From sequence record NZ_CP137558.1: a stretch of DNA of 64,000 nt; one strand, given 5' to 3'. Made by a program: the position numbers and the translations under genes. Under the pieces are notes generated by a model that searched no databases, was not told the origin of the DNA, and saw only the letters and a list, made by a program, of their open reading frames with translations. The first letter of the stretch is position 1. Each line of letters begins with the position of its first letter. Shown here piece by piece: positions 10,219 to 19,838 of the stretch. Source of the stretch: a plasmid.

Positions 10219-10530
10219 CTAACCTGTGCGCTTGCGAAAGCGCATGTCCTTTTTCCTGTCCTCCACTACTGCTACGATAGCCATCACGTCCTCCGGCTTG
10301 TAGTAAGTCTTGTGGCTGATTTGCGTATAAGCCAAAGTTCCGTTGTCCCGAAGCGTCTGCACTGTCCGTGGGCAGATGTTGAGCGTCTGACACACGTCCT
10401 GCGTGTCGAGCCACTTGTTCATGGTCTTGTCCTCACTGCGCTCACGGATTCTGTCCATGCGCTTCACGAAGTTCTCCAACTGGGCATCAAGATAGTTGAA
10501 TGCCTCTTCCTCGAATACGATGAATCCCAT
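10219..10530 (-). CDS. excisionase-family helix-turn-helix DNA-binding protein (second Xis-like)
   Basis: WLDTQDVCQTLNICPRTVQTLRDNGTLAYTQISHKTYYKPEDV HTH_17-like. Confidence 0.7.
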   Translation of the reverse strand: MGFIVFEEEAFNYLDAQLENFVKRMDRIRERSEDKTMNKWLDTQDVCQTLNICPRTVQTLRDNGTLAYTQISHKTYYKPEDVMAIVAVVEDRKKDMRFRKRTG

Positions 10531-10927
10531 ACTTTTCTTTTTTCTAAGTTAATACTATGTTATATGTCGCAAAGCTCCACGCATATGCAGTGCTCCACGT
10601 TTGTGAGTGCAAAGATAAGGCACGGCAATCTAAAAACAAGCGTTTTCAATTTCTGTGGCAGTATGTTGCCGGGGTTTGCCGACATCAACGCCAAAAACAA
10701 CAAGAAAAACTTGCACGACTGCAACGAATACATGAACAATGATGAGTTGAGAAATACGTTGAAGTTCTCACAACTATCTCGGTATGCAAATAAGCAAGCC
10801 ACAACTAAATTGCCACGTTACACCCAATCAGTTGCATGGCTGCACTCAGTATACTTACTTTGCAGCCGACAATCGGTCAATGGTGCAAACCGTGACCACT
10901 ATACTAACAAATAAAACAGCATAAGCT

Positions 10928-11410
10928 ATGGCAAGAACAAAAGATGTAGTCTTGGCTCCTGAGCAAAAGGAGCTGATGGAAAAAGAGTATTTGGATTTTG
11001 TTAAACCATCTACGTATGGCAACAAAGCCAATCCAAGTAGTTGTAATTCTCTCTATGATGATGTAGAGAACCCAGAGTTGAGAGCAATTGTAGAGAAAGT
11101 TGCTGCAACAACTCCCTATAGAGAGGAAACATCAACGAACGAGGCTCAATCGCCACCGAATCCGCAGAAGTGCATCAGTGGCAAGCAGCGCAAGGCGACA
11201 TTGGAGGAGTATCAGCAGACCTTCCTCCAGGTTCCAAGGATTGACGACCGCAAGCCAGTCTTCGTCAGTTCCGATGTACGAGACCGTCTTGATCGTGTCG
11301 TCCGCATCCTCGGAGGGAGACGCATGAGCGTATCGGGCATCATCGAGAACATCGTGCGCCACCACCTAAGCCTTTATGAAGAGGACTTCGAGGCTTGGCG
11401 CAAATTGTGA
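10928..11410 (+). CDS. DUF3408-family protein of Bacteroidales mobile elements
   Basis: C-terminal RKPVFVSSDVRDRLDRVVRILGGRRMSVSGIIENIVRHHL..EEDFEAWRKL typical of DUF3408. Confidence 0.6.
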   Translation: MARTKDVVLAPEQKELMEKEYLDFVKPSTYGNKANPSSCNSLYDDVENPELRAIVEKVAATTPYREETSTNEAQSPPNPQKCISGKQRKATLEEYQQTFLQVPRIDDRKPVFVSSDVRDRLDRVVRILGGRRMSVSGIIENIVRHHLSLYEEDFEAWRKL

Positions 11411-11594
11411 GAATTAAGGTCTGCGACCTTGGACGTGGATAGCTGAAAGGCAGTAGTTCCAACTAACGTGTTCTGAGAGGGAGCGAGGTTATGTTTTGGG
11501 AACCCCAAAACGCCTCGCTCCACCATGAGGGCGGAGGAATTTTGCTCCCGACGGTCGCAGAAAGTGAGTGTACCAACTGTAAACAGTATATCGA
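11411..11594 (+). promoter_or_regulatory. candidate oriT / promoter region upstream of mobA-like gene
   Basis: Intergenic, GC-rich with short inverted repeats directly upstream of relaxosome genes; inference by position only. Confidence 0.25.
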
Positions 11595-12008
11595 ATGACA
11601 AGCATACAGGAACAGGACAGGAGAAAGGGCGGAAGACCGCCCGCAGGCAGGGTTCGCAAATTGTCGAAGTCTGTCACGGTGAAGTTCTCGAAGCCAAGCT
11701 ACGAGGCATTGAGACTGAGGGTGAGAAAAGCCAACCGCAAGTTGGCGGAGTACATCCGTGAGTCCGCCTTGAACGGCGAGGTGGTGAGCGGACACAATGC
11801 AGAGACGGTAGCCATCGCCAAGAACCTCATCGGTATGGCGAACAACCTCAACCAACTTACCAAGCTGTCGCATCAGAGAGGTTTCCATGAAACCCATGTA
11901 TATGTGGTGGACTTGTTGAGAAGATTGAAAGCAATCCTTGGAGAGTATCGCCAAGCAAGTTATAAACCGAAGCCAAGCAGTATGGGCAGAAAGGAGGATA
12001 CCACATGA
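11595..12008 (+). CDS. MobA/MobC-type relaxosome accessory mobilization protein
   Basis: Basic N-terminus GGRPPAGRVRK, RHH-like region, AKNLIGMANNLNQLTKLSHQ motif as in Bacteroides MobA. Confidence 0.7.
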   Translation: MTSIQEQDRRKGGRPPAGRVRKLSKSVTVKFSKPSYEALRLRVRKANRKLAEYIRESALNGEVVSGHNAETVAIAKNLIGMANNLNQLTKLSHQRGFHETHVYVVDLLRRLKAILGEYRQASYKPKPSSMGRKEDTT

Positions 12009-12955
12009 TAGGCAAGCTAAAGAAGGGCAGCTCATTTGGTGGTTGCATCCGCTATGTTACAGGCAAGGACGAGGCGAAAATCATCGCCTCGGATGGTGTG
12101 TTACTCGGCACGAATGCCGAGATAACGCAAAGTTTCGAGTTACAGAGGCAGCTAAATCCAAGGATTAAGAAGCCTGTGGGACACATTGCATTGAGCTTCA
12201 AACCCGAGGACAAGCCACGTTTGACGGATGAGTTTATGACTAAGATTGCCCTTGAATATATGCAGATGATGTGCATCACCGATACTCAATTCATCATCGT
12301 AAGGCATCACAACACGGACAATCCACATTGTCATATCGTGTATAACCGCATCAACAATGAGAGCAAACTCTTATCAGACAGGAATGATTACAGGCGTAAT
12401 GAGCAGGTGACCAAGGCTCTAAAATCCAAGTATGGACTGACCTACGGAACGGACAAGAGCAATACTAATACTCGCAAGTTACGCAATGCTGAGCGTGCCA
12501 AATACGAGATTCACAATGCCGTCAAGGATGCCTTGAAAGGCGCTGATAGTTGGCAGAAGTTCAAGAATGAACTTGCAAAGCGAGGTGTTCACTTGGAGTT
12601 TGTCTATCTGGATAAGGAGCAAACCAAGGTACAAGGCATCCGTTTCTGCAAGGATGGATATAGTTTCAAGGGTACGCAGATTAGCCGAGAATACAGCTTT
12701 GGCAAACTGAATGCGAGATTTGAGGGAACGGAGAACCTTTTATCAGCAAGAGCCAAATCTGCTCAGCAATATGAGCAGGGCTGTCATAAGAATGAGCAGG
12801 TGCCATCCATATCGGAGAGCAGCCAGGACCCTTGGGGCGGTATTTCTTCCATTGGACTTTTTGCTCCAGCCAATGCTCAGACCTTTGAGACATTCCCAGA
12901 GGATGAATCAGTCAAGAAGAAAAAGAAGAAACGCAGAAGAGGCTTTAGCCTTTGA
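12005..12955 (+). CDS. relaxase/mobilization nuclease (MobB-like, MOB_P-type)
   Basis: SSFGGCIRYVTGKDEAKII; HxDxxHxH motif HHNTDNPHCHIVYNRI; start overlaps mobA stop (ATGA). Confidence 0.85.
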   Translation: MIGKLKKGSSFGGCIRYVTGKDEAKIIASDGVLLGTNAEITQSFELQRQLNPRIKKPVGHIALSFKPEDKPRLTDEFMTKIALEYMQMMCITDTQFIIVRHHNTDNPHCHIVYNRINNESKLLSDRNDYRRNEQVTKALKSKYGLTYGTDKSNTNTRKLRNAERAKYEIHNAVKDALKGADSWQKFKNELAKRGVHLEFVYLDKEQTKVQGIRFCKDGYSFKGTQISREYSFGKLNARFEGTENLLSARAKSAQQYEQGCHKNEQVPSISESSQDPWGGISSIGLFAPANAQTFETFPEDESVKKKKKKRRRGFSL

Positions 12956-13746
12956 TGCAAGTTACAAACCATTCAAACAACAAAAGAAAGATGAAAGAAG
13001 AACTATTGGAAGCCATCTACGGCACAGTTGAGAGATTGGAGCAGAAAGTCGATGAACTTTCTGCCTCACCTAAGAACGCAGGAGCGGAAACAGTTCTCAG
13101 CCCTGCAAGTGTTGATACAAGCAAACTTGAAAAAGCCATCCTTTCTGTATCCGCAAGAGAAGAGGAAACTATTGGCAAATTAGCAAAATTAAGAGAGGCG
13201 ATATGCGTCTATATCGACCTTACCAAGAAAGAAGCAAGCAAAGATGAACAGCGAAGCAAACTCTTGTTTGATACCATTAATCAGGTGAAACAAGAGCAGA
13301 ATGTCACATCAAAATTTGTACAGGACAAACTTAACGCAATGGACAACACACCTCAAAAGAAAGTCGTAACCCATCGCTTCGAGCCTACTTCAAAGTATGT
13401 TCTTCTTTTCATTGGAGGCTTGGCTCTGTCTTTGGTTATCTCAATTTGGGGCAACCTCACCCAATGGCAAGAGTACCAAGATTGGGAAGAGGCGGACTTT
13501 AAGTATAGGGCATTGAAGATGGTGCTTCCATCTGACGACCCGAATATTCACTACATCGAAAAGCATTTTTCTGTTTGCCGAGATGAGAAAGTTATAGATG
13601 ATGTAAAAAATCGTGTTGCAGCTTACGAAGATTCTGTTCTCAAATACAATGAAATGGTACGGATGGCTGCATACAAAGACAGTGTAGCCAATGAACTTCG
13701 CAGAGAGTCTAATAGCATAAAACGTACTATTAAAAATTACCAATAA
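12952..13746 (+). CDS. coiled-coil protein with one TM helix, mobilization-module accessory (function unknown)
   Basis: Start overlaps relaxase stop; TM YVLLFIGGLALSLVISIW; long coiled-coil. Confidence 0.5.
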   Translation: MMQVTNHSNNKRKMKEELLEAIYGTVERLEQKVDELSASPKNAGAETVLSPASVDTSKLEKAILSVSAREEETIGKLAKLREAICVYIDLTKKEASKDEQRSKLLFDTINQVKQEQNVTSKFVQDKLNAMDNTPQKKVVTHRFEPTSKYVLLFIGGLALSLVISIWGNLTQWQEYQDWEEADFKYRALKMVLPSDDPNIHYIEKHFSVCRDEKVIDDVKNRVAAYEDSVLKYNEMVRMAAYKDSVANELRRESNSIKRTIKNYQ

Positions 13747-13761
13747 TTTTTATCCAATACC

Positions 13762-13802
13762 CCAATGAGATGGAATTTACATTCAAATCCATTTCATTGG
13801 GA
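13762..13802. terminator. bidirectional stem-loop between convergent genes
   Basis: ccaatgagatggaattta / aaatccatttcattgg imperfect inverted repeat between 13746 and 13820. Confidence 0.4.
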
Positions 13803-13819
13803 CATATAATTAAAACTGT

Positions 13820-14440
13820 TTATTTGTTTCTAATAACATATTCAAATTCATCAAAATTCTCATATCCTAATTCTATTAAGACTTGGCGACTGTGTTTCCT
13901 GTCATCTTTGGTGTTGAACTTGGGGATTATGGGGAGACGAAGGATGATCTTGTCTTTATGTTTGGCATGAGTGTTGAGCCAGACAAGGTTGTCGATAACT
14001 TGCCGGTTGGGCTTACCTGTGTAGGCTTGATAAATGGCAGGATTCATGTCCTTGATGTCGATGATAAAGGAGTCAATGTATGGGGTGACTTTCTCCAAGT
14101 GATGGCGAGGTACGTTTAGACTCGTCTCCATCGTAAAGTGCCATCCCTCTGGGCATAGTTCACAAAACTCCTTTATGAATGAACTCCACAGAAGCGGTTC
14201 ACCTCCACCAAAACAGATGCCGCCTCCTGTAGCTAAGAAGTAGAGGTTGTCCATCTCCACGTTCGCCATCAGCAGTTCTGTATCCACCTCCTGCCATACG
14301 CCGTCAGCATCAAGGCATTGGGGATTGAGACAGTATTTGCAACGAAGCGGACAACCGTGGAATGCCACAAGCGTGGTGACGCCCTCGCCGTCTATCGTGA
14401 GGCGGTGGCGGTCGATGCAAATGAGTGGGGCGGTCTTCAT
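13820..14440 (-). CDS. radical SAM enzyme, glycyl-radical-enzyme activating (PflA-like) family, orphan
   Basis: GCPLRCKYCLNP CxxxCxxC cluster, GGGEPLL SAM motif, DIKDMN and IILRLPIIP blocks align with PflA; 206 aa, no ferredoxin insert; start overlaps upstream gene stop. Confidence 0.8.
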   Translation of the reverse strand: MKTAPLICIDRHRLTIDGEGVTTLVAFHGCPLRCKYCLNPQCLDADGVWQEVDTELLMANVEMDNLYFLATGGGICFGGGEPLLWSSFIKEFCELCPEGWHFTMETSLNVPRHHLEKVTPYIDSFIIDIKDMNPAIYQAYTGKPNRQVIDNLVWLNTHAKHKDKIILRLPIIPKFNTKDDRKHSRQVLIELGYENFDEFEYVIRNK

Positions 14441-14441
14441 G

Positions 14442-15446
14442 TTATTCTACTTTAAATGTGAAAGGAACGGTGGCATGTGATTTCACCACCTTTCCGTTTT
14501 TCTTGGCAGGAGTCCATTTCGGCATGCTTTTCAGTACTCGGATGGCTTCCTCGTCGAGGATAGGGACAAGACTTTTCTCCACCTTGATGTTGCTCAAACT
14601 TCCGTCCTTGTTGACGGTGAAACCAAGGATGACTCTGCCTATTGGCGCGCCTTCCCGACATTCTTTTGGATATTGAAGGTTGGTCTTGATGTATTGCGTC
14701 AATGCAGTCGAACCGCCTGGGAATGAAGCCTCTTCGAAAGTATCTTCTCTTTTGATGACGGGAGCCGTTCCTCTAATTCTGACTTCGGGAACGATTCCAG
14801 CCACGACTTCCCCTAAGGCACTTTCGTTGAATATTAGAGTGATGATATTGAGCTTGTCTCGGCTCATTTCAGATAGTTTGATGCTTCGGTCTATGAAGCC
14901 GATGTATTGCACGGTTATCGTGTCGCCTTGCTCCACTTCGAGAGTGAAGTTTCCAATGACATCAGTTATTGCATACTTTCCCGAAAGTTTAGCGATGACG
15001 GAGGCTCCAATAAGCGGCTCATTGTCCTCGTCGCTAATGAGATGCCCTTGAACGAAGAGCATTCCTTTCTTGCTGAGAGAATCTTTCGCTTGGAGTAGGG
15101 CGATGTCGTTGGTGGTGTATTTTCGGAACTGGATAGGGATAACCTTTTCAGACTTAGGCGGTGTCGATTTGTAATATCCCTTCTGCGTGGCGCACGATGT
15201 GGCGGATGCGGTGAGGGCGGTGATGCCCAAAGCCACTCCTGCGACCTTGATGGCTTTCCCTGCCATCTGTCGGAGGTGCAGTTCGTGTTCTAAGTCCCTC
15301 ACGTCTTGCTCGCATTTCGGGCAAGTGCCCTTGCATTCGCCCTTAAAGTGGCATTCTTCGGGTGAATAACTGATTCCGTTGGCATCCGCGATCTGCTTGC
15401 GGATGGCCTTGAGCGTGTTGCAAATGTTGCGTCCTCTTGTTGCCAT
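14442..15446 (-). CDS. membrane protein: Cys-rich N-terminal (zinc-ribbon/anti-sigma-like) domain, TM, CarbopepD_reg-like domain, C-terminal TonB domain
   Basis: N-term ICNTLKAIRKQIADANGISYSPEECHFKGECKGTCPKCE; TM AGVALGITALTA; C-term FPGG..YP..G.V.L.F.V.KDG.L..I.V.KS......EA.R.....KW.PA TonB_C pattern. Confidence 0.7.
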   Translation of the reverse strand: MATRGRNICNTLKAIRKQIADANGISYSPEECHFKGECKGTCPKCEQDVRDLEHELHLRQMAGKAIKVAGVALGITALTASATSCATQKGYYKSTPPKSEKVIPIQFRKYTTNDIALLQAKDSLSKKGMLFVQGHLISDEDNEPLIGASVIAKLSGKYAITDVIGNFTLEVEQGDTITVQYIGFIDRSIKLSEMSRDKLNIITLIFNESALGEVVAGIVPEVRIRGTAPVIKREDTFEEASFPGGSTALTQYIKTNLQYPKECREGAPIGRVILGFTVNKDGSLSNIKVEKSLVPILDEEAIRVLKSMPKWTPAKKNGKVVKSHATVPFTFKVE

Positions 15447-15465
15447 GATTTTTCCTTTTTTATAG

Positions 15466-16308
15466 TTACTGCACGTGGATGTAGACAGGAAGCGTGTATT
15501 TTGATTTCACCGCCTTGCCGTTTTGCTTGGCAGGAATCCACTTTGGCATACTTTTCACCACCCGGACGGCTTCTTTGTCAAGGTCAGAATAGACGCTTTT
15601 CTTCACTTTGATGTCATTTAGATTTCCATCTTCATTGACAATGAAACTAACGACAATTTTTCCTTGTATGCTGCAATCGCCCTGTATGTTTGGATAGCGA
15701 AAATTGTCTGCAATATATTTCATACACGCCGCTATGCCACCAGGAAATGACGCTTCCTCATCAGCATTATCAAATATTTTGCTGCTTTCAATGGAATCTA
15801 TACCAATGGCAGACCTGGTGACAGCATTCCTGCCTTGATTTTTTGAGGAATTGCCTTTGATATTCTTTTTTATCTCTTTTGTTTCTAAGGATGGATTGTA
15901 TGAAGCCTCCCCGTCCTTTCTGTTTTCTTCTTCCAGAAGTTTCTCCTTGTTGCCAAGAGAAATGGCTCCTTCTAATTGTCTGTTTCTTGGGTTCGGTTCT
16001 TCTTTTTTAACAATGATTGTATCACCTGTAACCATGTCTGAAGCATTTCGCTGTGGTTTTCCATCAGAACAAGCCGTTAAAGCAACAAGTCCTGCTGCAA
16101 TGCCAACGACCTTGATGGCCTTTCCTGCAATCTGCCTACGTCGCAATTCATACTCCAAATCTCTCACATCTTGCTCGCATTTGGGGCAAGTTCCCTTGCA
16201 CTCACCAGTGAAGTGACATTCTTCTGGTGAATAGGCAATCCCATTAGCATCTGCTATTTGTTTGCGAATGGCTTTGAGAGTGTTGCAAATGTCTCTTCCT
16301 CTTGCCAT
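15466..16308 (-). CDS. paralogous membrane protein: same Cys-rich N-terminal domain, TM, low-complexity linker, C-terminal TonB domain
   Basis: First 80 aa ~80 percent identical to 14442..15446 product; C-terminal FPGGIAACMKYIADNFRYP..GKIVVSFIVNEDG TonB_C. Confidence 0.7.
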   Translation of the reverse strand: MARGRDICNTLKAIRKQIADANGIAYSPEECHFTGECKGTCPKCEQDVRDLEYELRRRQIAGKAIKVVGIAAGLVALTACSDGKPQRNASDMVTGDTIIVKKEEPNPRNRQLEGAISLGNKEKLLEEENRKDGEASYNPSLETKEIKKNIKGNSSKNQGRNAVTRSAIGIDSIESSKIFDNADEEASFPGGIAACMKYIADNFRYPNIQGDCSIQGKIVVSFIVNEDGNLNDIKVKKSVYSDLDKEAVRVVKSMPKWIPAKQNGKAVKSKYTLPVYIHVQ

Positions 16309-16321
16309 AGTTTATTTTCTT

Positions 16322-16460
16322 TTATGATTATGTCTCTTTTTGATAACAACAATTTCCCCTGTGAGTCCTCCACTTTCTGTCAAAGTGATAACATTGAGCT
16401 TTTCGAGGTTCATTTCAGAGAGTTTGCGTTTTCTTATCGCAGTTAAAAATGCAATAATAT
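16322..16460 (-). pseudogene. remnant of a third paralog (CarbopepD_reg-like fragment)
   Basis: Reverse translation gives ..IRKRKLSEMNLEKLNVITLTESGGLTGEIVVIKKRHNHKRK*, similar to SIKLSEMSRDKLNIITL of 14442..15446; DNA 16365-16435 resembles 14820-14890. Confidence 0.4.
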
Positions 16461-16488
16461 AGCCTATTCCAAAACAATTCTATATACT

Positions 16489-16899
16489 TCATATAGGCCT
16501 CTCTTTCTTTGAATTGGTTCTTTTTGAAATAAAAGAATAAATGGCATACTGGATACAAATTGGCAGGAGATTGACTATCCCCAACCAAACAAACACTATG
16601 AGGCTCAAAGATAAGGCTGCCCCATTGGTTACAACTAAGGAAATAATGCCTATCAAAAACAACGTCACAAGACTATTCAATATTATTTGTCTTTTCAGCA
16701 AAAATTCCTTTCTAACAGATTTTGCCCAAAGCCAAGCAAGCAAAGCCATACTCAAGTTAAACAAGGAAATACAAATCGTAAGCATAATGCCCATAAAATA
16801 TCCCAAGTACAAGACCACTGCAGGAATAATATAGGCAACAAATGTGGCCACAAATACTGTGAGCAAATATTTCTTTGTATCTTTATCTCTTAGTTTCAT
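16489..16899 (-). CDS. small 4-TM membrane protein, function unknown
   Basis: Four hydrophobic helices; AT-rich. Confidence 0.55.
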   Translation of the reverse strand: MKLRDKDTKKYLLTVFVATFVAYIIPAVVLYLGYFMGIMLTICISLFNLSMALLAWLWAKSVRKEFLLKRQIILNSLVTLFLIGIISLVVTNGAALSLSLIVFVWLGIVNLLPICIQYAIYSFISKRTNSKKERPI

Positions 16900-16919
16900 A
16901 TTACGTTCATTATATTTTA

Positions 16920-17165
16920 CTTTGTATTGTACATTACAATGAAATGCTGTTTTATACTCATTTCCTGCTACAAAAATAACATTTTGTAGTGATAATCGGT
17001 TATAATCCCTTGAAAATCTACGATATTCTATCGTAATTTAGACAATATGAAAATAGAATCTGTAAATGTGGAACTTAAATAAATGGTTTTCTAACACAGC
17101 AAGATATATGTTTGCAATGAATATTTGTTCTTTTGCCATACTCTTGAAATGACAAAACCGGATAA
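16920..17165. repeat. ~200-bp conserved upstream block R1 (copy of 23975..24180)
   Basis: ~75-80 percent identity incl. ctacaaaaataacatttt, tcgtaatttagacaa, ttcttttgccatactcttgaaatgac. Confidence 0.7.
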
Positions 17166-17217
17166 TTGCACAGAGTTGTGGCAAATGACAACAGATGTGC
17201 TCATGAGGGCTTAATTT

Positions 17218-17886
17218 TTATATCTCGTCAGTTGTTTCTACCGTACAATAGAAACATCCGCCCTTAATAATGTCATAACCAACAATTTTTTCATCTGCAA
17301 AAGCGTCAAGAACTCTTTTTGAGAAAAAGACATCAGAACCTTGTGGATATAGCAAATCTTGGTTTCTATATTTCGGTGTTAGTGTGATTCGCTTTGGGAA
17401 GTAAATATCATTGTCGTTGTAAAACTCCTTTCTGTTTTGAAATACTTTACATTTTTCATTGTATATATCAATAAACTCGCACTTAGGATAAACAAATTCT
17501 GTATCTTTAATAATCGGCACAAACAAAAGATAAAAGTCAGATGCGATGCCGTCAATTTTTATTCGCTTCAGAATGTATTCTGATTTACGAACGTGTATTT
17601 GCTCAAGTACATTTTTAACTTTTGCGCTAACAACTGCTTTCAAACTTAGGCATGCAGGCGAAAAATCCATGAAATCAACATAGTCTTTCCTTTTGATAAT
17701 TTGTCCCTCTATTTCATTGGGCATATTAATATATATGTCGTGCTTATTCTCAAAATACATCGAAATATTCCTATTTTTCTCAGACATATAGTCCAGAAAG
17801 TCCTTTGATTTTATCTTAACAGTATGTGGCATTTCGTATCTGCCTCTGATTCTTTTATCTAACGTAAATGTTATTTGATAGTACAT
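17218..17886 (-). CDS. hypothetical protein (AT-rich cargo; possible orphan immunity-type gene)
   Basis: 222-aa ORF, no recognisable motif. Confidence 0.5.
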   Translation of the reverse strand: MYYQITFTLDKRIRGRYEMPHTVKIKSKDFLDYMSEKNRNISMYFENKHDIYINMPNEIEGQIIKRKDYVDFMDFSPACLSLKAVVSAKVKNVLEQIHVRKSEYILKRIKIDGIASDFYLLFVPIIKDTEFVYPKCEFIDIYNEKCKVFQNRKEFYNDNDIYFPKRITLTPKYRNQDLLYPQGSDVFFSKRVLDAFADEKIVGYDIIKGGCFYCTVETTDEI

Positions 17887-18024
17887 AATTCGTTACTTTA
17901 TTAATGCATCATAGTTAATCTTTAATATTTATCTAAATCTTCAAAAGTTATATTTGTGATACCATTTTTTTCAATTAGTTCTTTAACTCTTAATGCAATA
18001 GTTCGTTAAAATTTGAGATAATGG

Positions 18025-19251
18025 CTAAGCAGCTTTACGTTGCCAGCCAAAGAGTTCTTTGATAGTATGACTAATTAACTTTCGGTTCGGTATTCTCCGA
18101 CACTTGTTGAAAATTAATTTAGCGATGTATGTGCTTGCCATAATCTCCTTGAAAGAAGCCATGGAATACGGCAATTCATTTTCCTTCATCATCACTTTCG
18201 CAACATTCTGTGATGCGAATGATGCATTATAGGAAAAGTCCAACTGGTTCTTGTGTCTTGCTTGGCAATGCGTAAGACCAGTATATTGCTTTGCATCGCG
18301 AAAACAAAACTCTATTTGGAATCTTGAGCGGTATGTGCGCAACACTTCCTCACCCGACATGGATGTCTTTGTTGAGAAGAAAAGCTTGTGTTTTCCGTTC
18401 GGCATAACCCAAATGACAAGGCGCACTTTCTGCTTCAATGCCTTTGAATAGGCTATGAGTGTGTAGGCTGTGCCTTCAAGTCCTTCAATATGCAACTCTG
18501 CCATACGTGTGAGGTCAAGTTTCTTGTAGTTGATTTTTCCGTCAAGTGTCTTGGGACGTCCAGGCTTATTGGAACGAGGTCCCGTATACACATAATATAG
18601 GCTCGCAGTATCCCTGAAGCGGCTGACAAGATGGAAACCGCACTCTTTGATTCCGTCCACAAACGGACGGATAGAGAAGAAAGCGTCAGCGACAACAATA
18701 TCGGTGACCTTCAACAAATCCTTCTTATAACGCTTGATGACCGCTATGTAATGTTGCACGAGAGTCATGTTACGCATTTTCAATTCTCCAGTAGATGGAG
18801 TCTGATGGGCGCGCAGCATCATGCAACTGTTGGCATGGACATCGACAAGTGCAAGCCCCATGATTTCAAGCCCATGCTTCATGGAACTTGCACAACCGGA
18901 CCAGAAAGTACCGATATGCGGAGTCTTCTTACCCGACTTGCTGATGTAGCTCGGATCGATGGCTATAGCCAATAGACCATCCATATTCAAGTAACGTCGG
19001 CATAGGGCAAGGTTGAACTTCACCCAGTCTATGCATTTAGCACGACCACGGTTGAAGTTCGTTCTGTAGGTCTGCTCACAATGGGTGCCGTAACGCTCCA
19101 TTTGAGTGAAATTTATCTTTCTTTGTATCGTCATGTACAATAAAAGTATTTCCAAGAGTAGACTCTCGAAAGTTTTGCTTAACTTTGCAGATGAACTTTT
19201 GATAGCATCTCTGCATATTTCCGTATATTGGTTGAGTGGTTCTGATGTCAT
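18025..19251 (-). CDS. DDE transposase, IS4-like family (family assignment uncertain)
   Basis: 408 aa; transposase-like composition; interrupts gene array. Confidence 0.6.
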   Translation of the reverse strand: MTSEPLNQYTEICRDAIKSSSAKLSKTFESLLLEILLLYMTIQRKINFTQMERYGTHCEQTYRTNFNRGRAKCIDWVKFNLALCRRYLNMDGLLAIAIDPSYISKSGKKTPHIGTFWSGCASSMKHGLEIMGLALVDVHANSCMMLRAHQTPSTGELKMRNMTLVQHYIAVIKRYKKDLLKVTDIVVADAFFSIRPFVDGIKECGFHLVSRFRDTASLYYVYTGPRSNKPGRPKTLDGKINYKKLDLTRMAELHIEGLEGTAYTLIAYSKALKQKVRLVIWVMPNGKHKLFFSTKTSMSGEEVLRTYRSRFQIEFCFRDAKQYTGLTHCQARHKNQLDFSYNASFASQNVAKVMMKENELPYSMASFKEIMASTYIAKLIFNKCRRIPNRKLISHTIKELFGWQRKAA

Positions 19252-19363
19252 ATAACTTTGAGCTTAGAGAACTATAAAGTTACTGATAATCAGCCACTTA
19301 ACCAAATTTTATTAGTTATATTACGTTAATTAACTCTCTCATTTTCAATCGATTACATAAGAA

Positions 19364-19828
19364 TTAACAGAGTATTGTTAATGAACAAACTGTTGCACCA
19401 CTATCTTTTAGGTAGAAGATTTCTTCACCATTCCATGATGTAAAATCTATTTGAAAAGTTCCATAAATACGGTCTCCGTCAGAATCGTACTCGCATATAG
19501 AATCCACCTGTGCTTCTACGAATGCAAAATACTGTAACTTTGATCCTCTAATCCTTATTGGTATAAAGGATAATCCTTTGACTCCATTACTTTCTAATAA
19601 TTTTTTAAATTTATCAGAAACAAATCTTAATGGTCCTTGATCACCAATAAAATCATAAAACACATTTCCCTCATCAATGTAGAAAACATTGTTCTTAATT
19701 ACATTTTGTAAATTAGGAAAAACGTGAAAAGGGTCATAGATTTCTTCTGACTGAAGCCTAACTTGTTTTTTCTTATGTCCTAACATTATAGTTGTAAAAT
19801 TCATAGTGCTGTCGAATTTGTAATCCAT
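19364..19828 (-). CDS. hypothetical protein (AT-rich)
   Basis: 154-aa ORF. Confidence 0.45.
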   Translation of the reverse strand: MDYKFDSTMNFTTIMLGHKKKQVRLQSEEIYDPFHVFPNLQNVIKNNVFYIDEGNVFYDFIGDQGPLRFVSDKFKKLLESNGVKGLSFIPIRIRGSKLQYFAFVEAQVDSICEYDSDGDRIYGTFQIDFTSWNGEEIFYLKDSGATVCSLTILC

Positions 19829-19838
19829 ACTCTATTGA

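Larger units (their letters stand above)
6480..13820 (+). mobile_element. integrative mobilizable element module (two integrases, Xis-like genes, DUF3408, MobA, relaxase)
   Basis: Gene content; ends not defined by sequence alone. Confidence 0.45.

Noticed and set aside
13883..14119. 78-aa plus-strand ORF
   Set aside because: Antisense within the radical SAM gene
14442..16308. Possibility that the Cys-rich TonB-C proteins are glycyl-radical enzymes (substrate of the activase)
   Set aside because: No RVSGY-type glycine loop or GRE-sized catalytic domain; proteins are 280-334 aa membrane proteins
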